Below are positions 13,101 through 26,515 of a stretch of DNA of 64,000 nt, in pieces (position 1 is the first letter of the stretch; each line of letters begins with the position of its first letter). The DNA is from the human T2T-CHM13v2.0 reference genome, Homo sapiens. A program made the translations under genes and the position numbers. The stretch lies in the NCBI RefSeq assembly GCF_009914755.1, contig NC_060943.1. One strand, given 5' to 3'. The notes beneath the pieces were generated by a model. It searched no databases. It saw only the letters and a list, made by a program, of their open reading frames with translations, and had not been told where the DNA came from.

Positions 13101-16100
13101 CTGCCTTGTGTTGTGTGTATTCAACTCACAGAGTTGAACGATCCTTTACACAGAGCAGACTTGAAACACTCTTTTTGTGGAATTTGCAAGTGGAGATTTC
13201 AGCCGCTTTGAGGTCAATGGTAGAATAGGAAATATCTTCCTATAGAAACTAGACAGAATGATTCTCAGAAACTCCTTTGTGATGTGTGCGTTCAACTCAC
13301 AGAGTTTACCCTTTCTTTTCATAGAGCAGTTAGGAAACACTCTGTTTGTAAAGTCTGCAAGTGGATATTCAGACATCCTTGAGGCTTTCGTTGGAAACGG
13401 GATTTCTTCCTATTCTGCTAGAAAGAAGAATTCTCAGTAACTTCCTTGTGTTGTGTGTATTCAACTCACAGAGTTGAACGATCCTTTACACAGAGCAGAC
13501 TTGAAACACTCTTTTTGTGGAATTTGCAAGTGGAGATTTCAGCCGCTTTGAAGTCAATGGTAGAATAGGAAATATCTTCCTATAGAAACTAGACAGAATG
13601 ATTCTCAGAAACTCCTTTGTGATGTGTGCGTTCAACTCACAAAGTTTAACCTTTCTTTTCATAGAGCAGTTAGGAAACACTCTGTTTGTAAAGTCTGCAA
13701 GTGGATATTCAGACCTCCTTGAGGGCTTCGTTGGAAACGGGATTTATTCATATTATGCTAGACAGAAGAATTCTCAGTAACTTCCTTGTGTTGTGTGTAT
13801 TCAACTCACAGAGTTGAACGATCCTTTACACACAGCAGACTTGAAACACTCTTTTTGTGGAATTTGCAAGTGGAGATTTCAGCCGCTTTGAGTTCAATGG
13901 TAGAATAGGAAATATCTTCCTATAGAAACTAGACAGAATGATTCTCAGAAACTCCTTTGTGATGTGTGCGTTCAACTCACAGAGTTCAACCTTTCTTTTC
14001 ATAGAGCAGTTGGGAAACACTCTGTTTCTAAAGTCTGCAAGTGGATATTCAGACTTCTTTGAGGCCTTCGTTGGAAGCGGGATTTCTTCATGTTCTGCTA
14101 GACAGAAGAATTCTCAGAAACTTCCTTGTGTTGTGTGTTTTCAACTCACAGAGTTGAACGATCCTTTACACAGAGCAGACTTGAAACACTCCTTTTGTGG
14201 AATTTGCAAGTGGAGATTTCAGCCGCTTTGAGGTCAATGGTAGAATAGGAAATATCTTCCTATAGAAAGTAGACAGAATGATTCTCAGAAACTCCTTTGT
14301 GATGTGTGCGTTCAACTCACAGAGTTTAACCTTTCTTTTCATAGAGCAGTTAGGAAACACTCTGTTTGTAAAGTCTGCAAGTGGATATTCAGACCTCCTT
14401 GAGGCCTTCGTTGGAAACGGGATTTCTTCATATTATGCTAGACAGAAGAATTCTCAGTAACTTCCTTGTGTTGTGTGTATTCAACTCACAGAGTTGAACG
14501 ATCCTTTACACAGAGCAGACTTGAAACACTCTTTTTGTGGAATTTGCAAGTGGAGATTTCAGCCGCTTTGAGGTCAATGGTAGAATAGGAAATATCTTCC
14601 TATAGAAACTAGACAGAATGATTCTCAGAAACTCCTTTGTGATGTGTGCGTTCAACTCACAGAGTTTAACCTTTCTTTTCATAGCGCAGTTGGGAAACAC
14701 TCTGTTTGTAAAGTCTGCAAGTGGATATTCAGACATCCTTGAGGCATTCGTTGGAAACGGGATTTCTTCATATTCTGCTAGAAAGAAGAATTCTCAGTAA
14801 CTTCCTTGTGTTGTGTGTATTCAACTCACAGAGTTGAACGATCCTTTACACAGAGCAGACTTGAAACACTCTTTTTGTGGAATTTGCAAGTGGAGATTTC
14901 AGCCGCTTTGAGGTCAATGTTAGAATAGGAAATATCTTCCTATAGAAACTAGACAGAATGATTCTCAGAACCTCCTTTGTGATGTGTGCGTTCAACTCAC
15001 AGAGTTGAACCGTTCTTTTCATAGAGCAGTTAGGAAACACTCTGTTTGTAAAGTCTGCAAGTGGATATTCAGACATCCTTGAGGCTTTCGTTGGAAACGG
15101 GATTTCTTCATATTCTGCTAGAAAGAAGAATTCTCAGTAACTTCCTTGTGTTGTGTGTATTCAACTCACAGAGTTGAACGATCCTTTACACAGAGCAGAC
15201 TTGAAACACTCTTTTTGTGGAATTTGCAAGTGGAGATTTCAGCCGCTTTGAGTTCAATGGTAGAATAGGAAATATCTTCCTATAGAAACTAGACAGAATG
15301 ATTCTCAGAAACTCCTTTGTGATGTGTGCGTTCAACTCACAGAGTTCAACCTTTCTTTTCATAGAGCAGTTGGGAAACACTCTGTTTGTAAAGTCTGCAA
15401 GTGGATATTCAGACTTCTTTGAGGCCTTCGTTGGAAGCGGGATTTCTTCATGTTCTGCTAGACAGAAGAATTCTCAGTAACTGCCTTGTGTTGTGTGTAT
15501 TCAACTCACAGAGTTGAACGATCCTTTACACAGAGCAGACTTGAAACACTCCTTTTGTGGAATTTGCAAGTGGAGATTTCAGCCGCTTTGAGGTCAATGG
15601 TAGAATAGGAAATATCTTCCTATAGAAACTAGACAGAATGATTCTCAGAAACTCCTTTGTGATGTGTGCGTTCAACTCACAGAGTTTAACCTTTCTTTTC
15701 ATAGCGCAGTTGGGAAACACTCTGTTTGTAAAGTCTGCAAGTGGATATTCAGACATCCTTGAGGCTTTCGTTGGAAACGGGATTTCTTCATATTCTGCTA
15801 GAAAGAAGAATTCTCAGTAACTTCCTTGTGTTGTGTGTATTCAACTCACAGAGTTGAACGATCCTTTACACAGAGCAGACTTGAAACACTCTTTTTGTGG
15901 AATTTGCAAGTGGAGATTTCAGCCGCTTTGAGGTCAATGGTAGAATAGGAAATATCTTCCTATAGAAACTAGACAGAATGATTCTCAGAAACTCCTTTGT
16001 GATGTGTGCGTTCAACTCACAGAGTTTAACCTTTCTTTTCATAGAGCAGTTGGGAAACACTCTGTTTGTAAAGTCTGCAAGTGGATATTCAGACATCCTT

Positions 16101-19037
16101 GAGGCTTTCGTTGGAAACGGGATTTCTTCATATTCTGCTAGAAAGAAGAATTCTCAGTAACTTCCTTGTGTTGTGTGTATTCAACTCACAGAGTTCAACG
16201 ATCCTTTACACAGAGCAGACTTGAAACACTCTTTTTGTGGAATTTGCAAGTGGAGATTTCAGCCGCTTTGAAGTCAATGGTAGAATAGGAAATATCTTCC
16301 TATAGAAACTAGACAGAATGATTCTCAGAAACTCCTTTGTGATGTGTGCGTTCAACTCACACAGTTTAACCTTTCTTTTCATAGAGCAGTTAGGAAACAC
16401 TCTGTTTGTAAAGTCTGCAAGTGGATATTCAGACCTCCTTGAGGCCTTCGTTGGAAACGGGATTTCTTCATATTATGCTAGACAGAAGAATTCTCAGTAA
16501 CTTCCTTGTGTTGTGTGTATTCAACTCACAGAGTTGAACGATCCTTTACACACAGCAGACTTGAAACACTCTTTTTGTGGAATTTGCAAGTGGAGATTTC
16601 AGCCGCTTTGAGTTCAATGGTAGAATAGGAAATATCTTCCTATAGAAACTAGACAGAATGATTCTCAGAAACTCCTTTGTGATGTGTGCGTTCAACTCAC
16701 AGAGTTCAACCTTTCTTTTCATAGAGCAGTTGGGAAACACTCTGTTTGTAAAGTCTGCAAGTGGATATTCAGACTTCTTTGAGGCCTTCGTTGGAAGCGG
16801 GATTTCTTCATGTTCTGCTAGACAGAAGAATTCTCAGAAACTTCCTTGTGTTGTGTGTTTTCAACTCACAGAGTTGAACGATCCTTTACACAGAGCAGAC
16901 TTGAAACACTCCTTTTGTGGAATTTGCAAGTGGAGATTTCAGCCGCTTTGAGGTCAATGGTAGAATAGGAAATATCTTCCTATAGAAAGTAGACAGAATG
17001 ATTCTCAGAAACTCCTTTGTGATGTGTGCGTTCAACTCACAGAGTTTAACCTTTCTTTTCATAGAGCAGTTAGGAAACACTCTGTTTGTAAAGTCTGCAT
17101 GTGGATATTCAGACCTCCTTGAGGCCTTCGTTGGAAACGGGATTTCTTCATATTATGCTAGACAGAAGAATTCTCAGTAACTTCCTTGTGTTGTGTGTAT
17201 TCAACTCACAGAGTTGAAAGATCCTTTACACAGAGCAGACTTGAAACACTCTTTTTGTGGAATTTGCAAGTGGAGATTTCAGCCGCTTTGAGGTCAATGG
17301 TAGAATAGGAAATATCTTCCTATAGAAACTAGACAGAATGATTCTCAGAAACTCCTTTGTGATGTGTGCGTTCAACTCACAGAGTTCAACCTTTCTTTTC
17401 ATAGAGCAGTTGGAAAACACTCTGTTTGTAAAGTCTGCAAGTGGATATTCAAACTTCTTTGAGGCCTTCGTTGGAAGCGGGATTTCTTCATATTCTGCTA
17501 GACAGAAGAATTCTCAGTAACTGCCTTGTGTTGTGTGTATTCAACTCACAGAGTTGAACGATCCTTTACACAGAGCAGACTTGAAACACTCTTTTTGTGG
17601 AATTTGCAAGTGGAGATTTCAGCCGCTTTGAGGTCAATGGTAGAATAGGAAATATCTTCCTATAGAAACTAGACAGAATGATTCTCAGAAACTCCTTTGT
17701 GATGTGTGCGTTCAACTCACAGAGTTTACCCTTTCTTTTCATAGAGCAGTTAGGAAACACTCTGTTTGTAAAGTCTGCAAGTGGATATTCAGACATCCTT
17801 GAGGCTTTCGTTGGAAACGGGATTTCTTCATATTCTGCTAGAAAGAAGAATTCTCAGTAACTTCCTTGTGTTGTGTGTATTCAACTCACAGAGTTGAACG
17901 ATCCTTTACACAGAGCAGACTTGAAACACTCTTTTTGTGGAATTTGCAAGTGGAGATTTCAGCCGCTTTGAAGTCAATGGTAGAATAGGAAATATCTTCC
18001 TATAGAAACTAGACAGAATGATTCTCAGAAACTCCTTTGTGATGTGTGCGTTCAACTCACACAGTTTAACCTTTCTTTTCATAGAGCAGTTAGGAAACAC
18101 TCTGTTTGTAAAGTCTGCAAGTGGATATTCAGACCTCCTTGAGGCCTTCGTTGGAAACGGGATTTCTTCATATTATGCTAGACAGAAGAATTCTCAGTAA
18201 CTTCCTTGTGTTGTGTGTATTCAACTCACAGAGTTGAACGATCCTTTACACACAGCAGACTTGAAACACTCTTTTTGTGGAATTTGCAAGTGGAGATTTC
18301 AGCCGCTTTGAGTTCAATGGTAGAATAGGAAATATCTTCCTATAGAAACTAGACAGAATGATTCTCAGAAACTCCTTTGTGATGTGTGCGTTCAACTCAG
18401 AGAGTTCAACCTTTCTTTTCATAGAGCAGTTGGGAAACACTCTGTTTCTAAAGTCTGCAAGTGGATATTCAGACTTCTTTGAGGCCTTCGTTGGAAGCGG
18501 GATTTCTTCATGTTCTGCTAGACAGAAGAATTCTCAGAAACTTCCTTGTGTTGTGTGTTTTCAACTCACAGAGTTGAACGATCCTTTACACAGAGCAGAC
18601 TTGAAACACTCCTTTTGTGGAATTTGCAAGTGGAGATTTCAGCCGCTTTGAGGTCAATGGTAGAATAGGAAATATCTTCCTATAGAAAGTAGACAGAATG
18701 ATTCTCAGAAACTCCTTTGTGATGTGTGCGTTCAACTCACAGAGTTTAACCTTTCTTTTCATAGAGCAGTTAGGAAACACTCTGTTTGTAAAGTCTGCAA
18801 GTGGATATTCAGACCTCCTTGAGGCCTTCGTTGGAAACGGGATTTCTTCATATTATGCTAGACAGAAGAATTCTCAGTAACTTTCTTGTGTTGTGTGTAT
18901 TCAACTCACAGAGTTGAACGATCCTTTACACAGAGCAGACTTGAAACACTCTTTTTGTGGAATTTGCAAGTGGAGATTTCAGCCGCTTTGAGGTCAATGG
19001 TAGAATAGGAAATATCTTCCTATAGAAACTAGACAGA
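10198..19037 (+). repeat. Tandem duplication of a 13-dimer (4420 bp) block
   Basis: Rare variants paired at +4420: 10592/15012, 12680/17100, 12994/17414, 14028/18448. Confidence 0.9.
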
Positions 19038-22000
19038 ATGATTCTCAGAAACTCCTTTGTGATGTGTGCGTTCAACTCACAGAGTTCAACCTTTCTTTTC
19101 ATAGAGTAGTTGGAAAACACTCTGTTTGTAAAGTCTGCAAGTGGATATTCAGACTTCTTTGAGGCCTTCGTTGGAAGCGGGATTTCTTCATATTCTGCTA
19201 GACAGAAGAATTCTCAGTAACTGCCTTGTGTTGTGTGTATTCAACTCACAGAGTTGAACGATCCTTTACACAGAGCAGACTTGAAACACTCTTTTTGTGG
19301 AATTTGCAAGTGGAGATTTCAGCCGCTTTGAGGTCAATGTTAGAATAGGAAATATCTTCCTATAGAAACTAGACAGAATGATTCTCAGAACCTCCTTTGT
19401 GATGTGTGCGTTCAACTCACAGAGTTTAACCTTTCTTTTCATAGAGCAGTTAGGAAACACTCTGTTTGTAAAGTCTGCAAGTGGATATTCAGACATCCTT
19501 GAGGCTTTCGTTGGAAACGGGATTTCTTCATATTCTGCTAGAAAGAAGAATTCTCAGTAACTTCCTTGTGTTGTGTGTATTCAACTCACAGAGTTGAACG
19601 ATCCTTTACACAGAGCAGACTTGAAACACTCTTTTTGTGGAATTTGCAAGTGGAGATTTCAGCCGCTTTGAGGTCAATGGTAGAATAGGAAATATCTTCC
19701 TATAGAAACTAGACAGAATGATTCTCAGAAACTCCTTTGTGATGTGTGCGTTCAACTCACAGAGTTTAACCTTTCTTTTCATAGCGCAGTTGGGAAACAC
19801 TCTGTTTGTAAAGTCTGCAAGTGGATATTCAGACATCCTTGAGGCTTTCGTTGGAAACGGGATTTCTTCATATTCTGCTAGAAAGAAGAATTCTCAGTAA
19901 CTTCCTTGTGTTGTGTGTATTCAACTCACAGAGTTGAACGACCTTTACACAGAGCAGACTTGAAACACTCCTTTTGTGGAATTTGCAAGTGGAGATTTCA
20001 GCCGCTTTGAGGTCAATGTTAGAATAGGAAATATCTTCCTATAGAAACTAGACAGAATGATTCTCAGAACCTCCTTTGTGATGTGTGCGTTCAACTCACA
20101 GAGTTTAACCTTTCTTTTCATAGAGCAGTTAGGAAACACTCTGTTTGTAAAGTCTGCAAGTGGATATTCAGACATCCTTGAGGCTTTCGTTGGAAACGGG
20201 ATTTCTTCATATTCTGCTAGAAAGAAGAATTCTCAGTAACTTCCTTGTGTTGTGTGTATTCAACTCACAGAGTTGAACGATCCTTTACACAGAGCAGACT
20301 TGAAACACTCTTTTTGTGGAATTTGCAAGTGGAGATTTCAGCCGCTTTGAGTTCAATGGTAGAATAGGAAATATCTTCCTATAGAAACTAGACAGAATGA
20401 TTCTCAGAAACTCCTTTGTGATGTGTGCGTTCAACTCACAGAGTTTAACCTTTCTTTTCATAGAGCAGTTGGGAAACACTCTGTTTGTAAAGTCTGCAAG
20501 TGGATATTCAGACCTCCTTGAGGCTTTCGTTGGAAACGGGATTTCTTCATATTCTGCTAGAAAGAAGAATTCTCAGTAACTTCCTTGTGTTGTGTGTATT
20601 CAACTCACAGAGTTGAACGATCCTTTACACAGAGCAGACTTGAAACACTCTTTTTGTGGAATTTGCAAGTGGAGATTTCAGCCGCTTTGAGGTCAATGGT
20701 AGAATAGGAAATATCTTCCTATAGAAACTAGACAGAATGATTCTGAGAAACTCCTTTGTGATGTGTGCGTTCAACTCACACAGTTTAACCTTTCTTTTCA
20801 TAGAGCAGTTAGGAAACACTCTGTTTGTAAAGTCTGCAAGTGGATATTCAGACCTCCTTGAGGCCTTCGTTGGAAACGGGATTTCTTCATATTATGCTAG
20901 ACAGAAGAATTCTCAGTAACTTCCTTGTGTTGTGTGTATTCAACTCACAGAGTTGAACGATCCTTTACACAGAGCAGACTTGAAACACTCTTTTTGTGGA
21001 ATTTGCAAGTGGAGATTTCAGCCGCTTTGAGGTCAATGGTAGAATAGGAAATATCTTCCTATAGAAACTAGACAGAATGATTCTCAGAAACTCCTTTGTG
21101 ATGTGTGCGTTCAACTCACAGAGTTCAACCTTTCTTTTCATAGAGCAGTTGGGAAACACTCTGTTTGTAAAGTCTGCAAGTGGATATTCAGACTTCTTTG
21201 AGGCCTTCGTTGGAAGCGGGATTTCTTCATGTTCTGCTAGACAGAAGAATTCTCAGTAACTTCCTTGTGTTGTGTGTTTTCAACTCACAGAGTTGAACGA
21301 TCCTTTACACAGAGCAGACTTGAAACACTCTTTTTGTGGAATTTGCAAGTGGAGATTTCAGCCGCTTTGAGGTCAATGGTAGAATAGGAAATATCTTCCT
21401 ATAGAAACTAGACAGAATGATTCTCAGAAACTCCTTTGTGATGTGTGCGTTCAACTCACAGAGTTTAACCTTTCTTTTCATAGAGCAGTTAGGAAACACT
21501 CTGTTTGTAAAGTCTGCAAGTAGATATTCAGACATCTTTGAGGCCTTCGTTGGAAACGGGATTTCTTCATGTTCTGCTAGACAGAAGAATTCTCAGAAAC
21601 TTCCTTGTGTTGTGTGTTTTCAACTCACAGAGTTGAACGATGCTTTACACAGAGTAGACTTGAAACACTCTTTTTGTGTAATTTGCAAGTGGAGATTTCA
21701 GCCGCTTTGAGGTCAATGGTAGAAAAGGAAATATCTTCGTATAAAAACTAGACAGAATGATTCTCAGAAACTCCTTTGTGATGTGTGCGTTCAACTCACA
21801 GAGTTTAACCTTTCTTTTCATAGAGCAGTTAGGAAACACTCTGTTTGTAAAGTCTGCAAGTGGATATTCAAACTTCTTTGAGGCCTTCGTTGGAAGCGGG
21901 ATTTCTTCATATTCTGCTAGACAGAAGAATTCTCAGTAACTGCCTTGTGTTGTGTGTATTCAACTCACAGAGTTGAACGATCCTTTACACAGAGCAGACT

Positions 22001-24815
22001 TGAAACACTCTTTTTGTGGAATTTGCAAGTGGAGATTTCAGCCGCTTTGAGGTCAATGGTAGAATAGGAAATATCTTCCTATAGAAACTAGACAGAATGA
22101 TTCTCAGAAACTCCTTTGTGATGTGTGCGTTCAACTCACAGAGTTTACCCTTTCTTTTCATAGAGCAGTTAGGAAACACTCTGTTTGTAAAGTCTGCAAG
22201 TGGATATTCAGACATCCTTGAGGCTTTCGTTGGAAACGGGATTTCTTCATATTCTGCTAGAAAGAAGAATTCTCAGTAACTTCCTTGTGTTGTGTGTATT
22301 CAACTCACAGAGTTGAACGATCCTTTACACAGAGCAGACTTGAAACACTCTTTTTGTGGAATTTGCAAGTGGAGATTTCAGCCGCTTTGAAGTCAATGGT
22401 AGAATAGGAAATATCTTCCTATAGAAACTAGACAGAATGATTCTCAGAAACTCCTTTGTGATGTGTGCGTTCAACTCACACAGTTTAACCTTTCTTTTCA
22501 TAGAGCAGTTAGGAAACACTCTGTTTGTAAAGTCTGCAAGTGGATATTCAGACCTCCTTGAGGCCTTCGTTGGAAACGGGATTTATTCATATTATGCTAG
22601 ACAGAAGAATTCTCAGTAACTTCCTTGTGTTGTGTGTATTCAACTCACAGAGTTGAACGATCCTTTACACACAGCAGACTTGAAACACTCTTTTTGTGGA
22701 ATTTGCAAGTGGAGATTTCAGCCGCTTTGAGTTCAATGGTAGAATAGGAAATATCTTCCTATAGAAACTAGACAGAATGATTCTCAGAAACTCCTTTGTG
22801 ATGTCTGCGTTCAACTCACAGAGTTCAACCTTTCTTTTCATAGAGCAGTTGGGAAACACTCTGTTTCTAAAGTCTGCAAGTGGATATTCAGACTTCTTTG
22901 AGGCCTTCGTTGGAAGCGGGATTTCTTCATGTTCTGCTAGACAGAAGAATTCTCAGAAACTTCCTTGTGTTGTGTGTTTTCAACTCACAGAGTTGAACGA
23001 TCCTTTACACAGAGCAGACTTGAAACACTCCTTTTGTGGAATTTGCAAGTGGAGATTTCAGCCGCTTTGAGGTCAATGGTAGAATAGGAAATATCTTCCT
23101 ATAGAAAGTAGACAGAATGATTCTCAGAAACTCCTTTGTGATGTGTGCGTTCAACTCACAGAGTTTAACCTTTCTTTTCATAGAGCAGTTAGGAAACACT
23201 CTGTTTGTAAAGTCTGCAAGTGGATATTCAGACCTCCTTGAGGCCTTCGTTGGAAACGGGATTTCTTCATATTATGCTAGACAGAAGAATTCTCAGTAAC
23301 TTTCTTGTGTTGTGTGTATTCAACTCACAGAGTTGAACGATCCTTTACACAGAGCAGACTTGAAACACTCTTTTTGTGGAATTTGCAAGTGGAGATTTCA
23401 GCCGCTTTGAGGTCAATGGTAGAATAGGAAATATCTTCCTATAGAAACTAGACAGAATGATTCTCAGAACCTCCTTTGTGATGTGTGCGTTCAACTCACA
23501 GAGTTCAACCTTTCTTTTCATAGAGTAGTTGGAAAACACTCTGTTTGTAAAGTCTGCAAGTGGATATTCAGACTTCTTTGAGGCCTTCGTTGGAAGCGGG
23601 ATTTCTTCATATTCTGCTAGACAGAAGAATTCTCAGTAACTGCCTTGTGTTGTGTGTATTCAACTCACAGAGTTGAACGATCCTTTACACAGAGCAGACT
23701 TGAAACACTCTTTTTGTGGAATTTGCAAGTGGAGATTTCAGCCGCTTTGAGGTCAATGTTAGAATAGGAAATATCTTCCTATAGAAACTAGACAGAATGA
23801 TTCTCAGAACCTCCTTTGTGATGTGTGCGTTCAACTCACAGAGTTTAACCTTTCTTTTCATAGAGCAGTTAGGAAACACTCTGTTTGTAAAGTCTGCAAG
23901 TGGATATTCAGACATCCTTGAGGCTTTCGTTGGAAACGGGATTTCTTCATATTCTGCTAGAAAGAAGAATTCTCAGTAACTTCCTTGTGTTGTGTGTATT
24001 CAATTCACAGAGTTGAACGATCCTTTACACAGAGCAGACTTGAAACACTCTTTTTGTGGAATTTGCAAGTGGAGATTTCAGCCGCTTTGAGGTCAATGGT
24101 AGAATAGGAAATATCTTCCTATAGAAACTAGACAGAATGATTCTCAGAAACTCCTTTGTGATGTGTGCGTTCAACTCACAGAGTTTAACCTTTCTTTTCA
24201 TAGCGCAGTTGGGAAACACTCTGTTTGTAAAGTCTGCAAGTGGATATTCAGACATCCTTGAGGCTTTCGTTGGAAACGGGATTTCTTCATATTCTGCTAT
24301 AAAGAAGAATTCTCAGTAACTTCCTTGTGTTGTGTGTATTCAACTCACAGAGTTGAACGACCTTTACACAGAGCAGACTTGAAACACTCCTTTTGTGGAA
24401 TTTGCAAGTGGAGATTTCAGCCGCTTTGAGGTCAATGTTAGAATAGGAAATATCTTCCTATAGAAACTAGACAGAATGATTCTCAGAACCTCCTTTGTGA
24501 TGTGTGCGTTCAACTCACAGAGTTTAACCTTTCTTTTCATAGAGCAGTTAGGAAACACTCTGTTTGTAAAGTCTGCAAGTGGATATTCAGACATCCTTGA
24601 GGCTTTCGTTGGAAACGGGATTTCTTCATATTCTGCTAGAAAGAAGAATTCTCAGTAACTTCCTTGTGTTGTGTGTATTCAACTCACAGAGTTGAACGAT
24701 CCTTTACACAGAGCAGACTTGAAACACTCTTTTTGTGGAATTTGCAAGTGGAGATTTCAGCCGCTTTGAGGTCAATGTTAGAATAGGAAATATCTTCCTA
24801 TAGAAACTAGACAGA
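17678..24815 (+). repeat. Partial repeat (about 8 dimers) at a 13-dimer (4419 bp) offset: 17678-20396 vs 22097-24815
   Basis: Paired variants 18448/22867, 18884/23303, 19107/23526, plus a shared 1 bp deletion after 19941/24360. Confidence 0.85.
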
Positions 24816-26515
24816 ATGATTCTCAGAACCTCCTTTGTGATGTGTGCGTTCAACTCACAGAGTTGAACCTTTCTTTTCATAGAGCAGTTAGGAAACACTC
24901 TGTTTGTAAAGTCTGCAAGTGGATATTCAGACATCCTTGAGGCTTTCGTTGGAAACGGGATTTCTTCATATTCTGCTAGAAAGAAGAATTCTCAGTAACT
25001 TCCTTGTGTTGTGTGTATTCAACTCACAGAGTTGAACGATCCTTTACACAGAGCAGACTTGAAACACTCTTTTTGTGGAATTTGCAAGTGGAGATTTCAG
25101 CCGCTTTGAGGTCAATGGAAGAATAGGAAATATCTTCCTATAGAAACTAGACAGAATGATTCTGAGAAACTCCTTTGTGATGTGTGCGTTCAACTCACAC
25201 AGTTTAACCTTTCTTTTCATAGAGCAGTTAGGAAACACTCTGTTTGTAAAGTCTGCAAGTGGATATTCAGACCTCCTTGAGGCCTTCGTTGGAAACGGGA
25301 TTTCTTCATATTATGCTAGACAGAAGAATTCTCAGTAACTTCCTTGTGTTGTGTGTATTCAACTCACAGAGTTGAACGATCCTTTACACAGAGCAGACTT
25401 GAAACACTCTTTTTGTGGAATTTGCAAGTGGAGATTTCAGCCGCTTTGAGTTCAATGGTAGAATAGGAAATATCTTCCTATAGAAACTAGACAGAATGAT
25501 TCTCAGAAACTCCTTTGTGATGTGTGCGTTCAACTCACAGAGTTCAACCTTTCTTTTCATAGAGCAGTTGGGAAACACTCTGTTTGTAAAGTCTGCAAGT
25601 GGATATTCAGACTTCTTTGAGGCCTTCGTTGGAAGCGGGATTTCTTCATGTTCTGCTAGACAGAAGAATTCCCAGAAACTTCCTTGTGTTGTGTGTTTTC
25701 AACTCACAGAGTTGAACGATCCTTTACACAGAGCAGACTTGAAACACTCTTTTTGTGGAATTTGCAAGTGGAGATTTCAGCCGCTTTGAGGTCAATGGTA
25801 GAATAGGAAATATCTTCCTATAGAAAGTAGACAGAATGATTCTCAGAAACTCCTTTGTGATGTGTGCGTTCAACTCACAGAGTTTAACCTTTCTTTTCAT
25901 AGAGCAGTTAGGAAACACTCTGTTTGTAAAGGCTGCAAGTAGATATTCCGACATCTTTGAGGCCTTCGTTGGAAACGGGATTTCTTCATGTTCTGCTAGA
26001 CAGAAGAATTCTCAGAAACTTCCTTGTGTTGTGTGTTTTCAACTCACAGAGTTGAACGATGCTTTACACAGAGTAGACTTGAAACACTCTTTTTGTGTAA
26101 TTTGCAAGTGGAGATTTCAGCCGCTTTGAGGTCAATGGTAGAAAAGGAAATATCTTCGTATAAAAACTAGACAGAATGATTCTCAGAAACTCCTTTGTGA
26201 TGTGTGCGTTCAACTCACAGAGTTTAACCTTTCTTTTCATAGAGCAGTTAGGAAACACTCTGTTTGTAAAGTCTGCAAGTGGATATTCAGACATCCTTGA
26301 GGCTTTCGTTGGAAACGGGATTTCTTCATGTTCTGCTAGACAGAAGAATTCTCAGTAACTTCCTTGTGTTGTGTGTATTCAACTCACAGAGTTGAACGAT
26401 CCTTTACACAGAGCAGACTTGAAACACTCTTTTTGTGGAATTTGCAAGTGGAGATTTCAGCCGCTTTGAGGTCAATGGTAGAATAGGAAATATCTTCCTA
26501 TAGAAACTAGACAGA

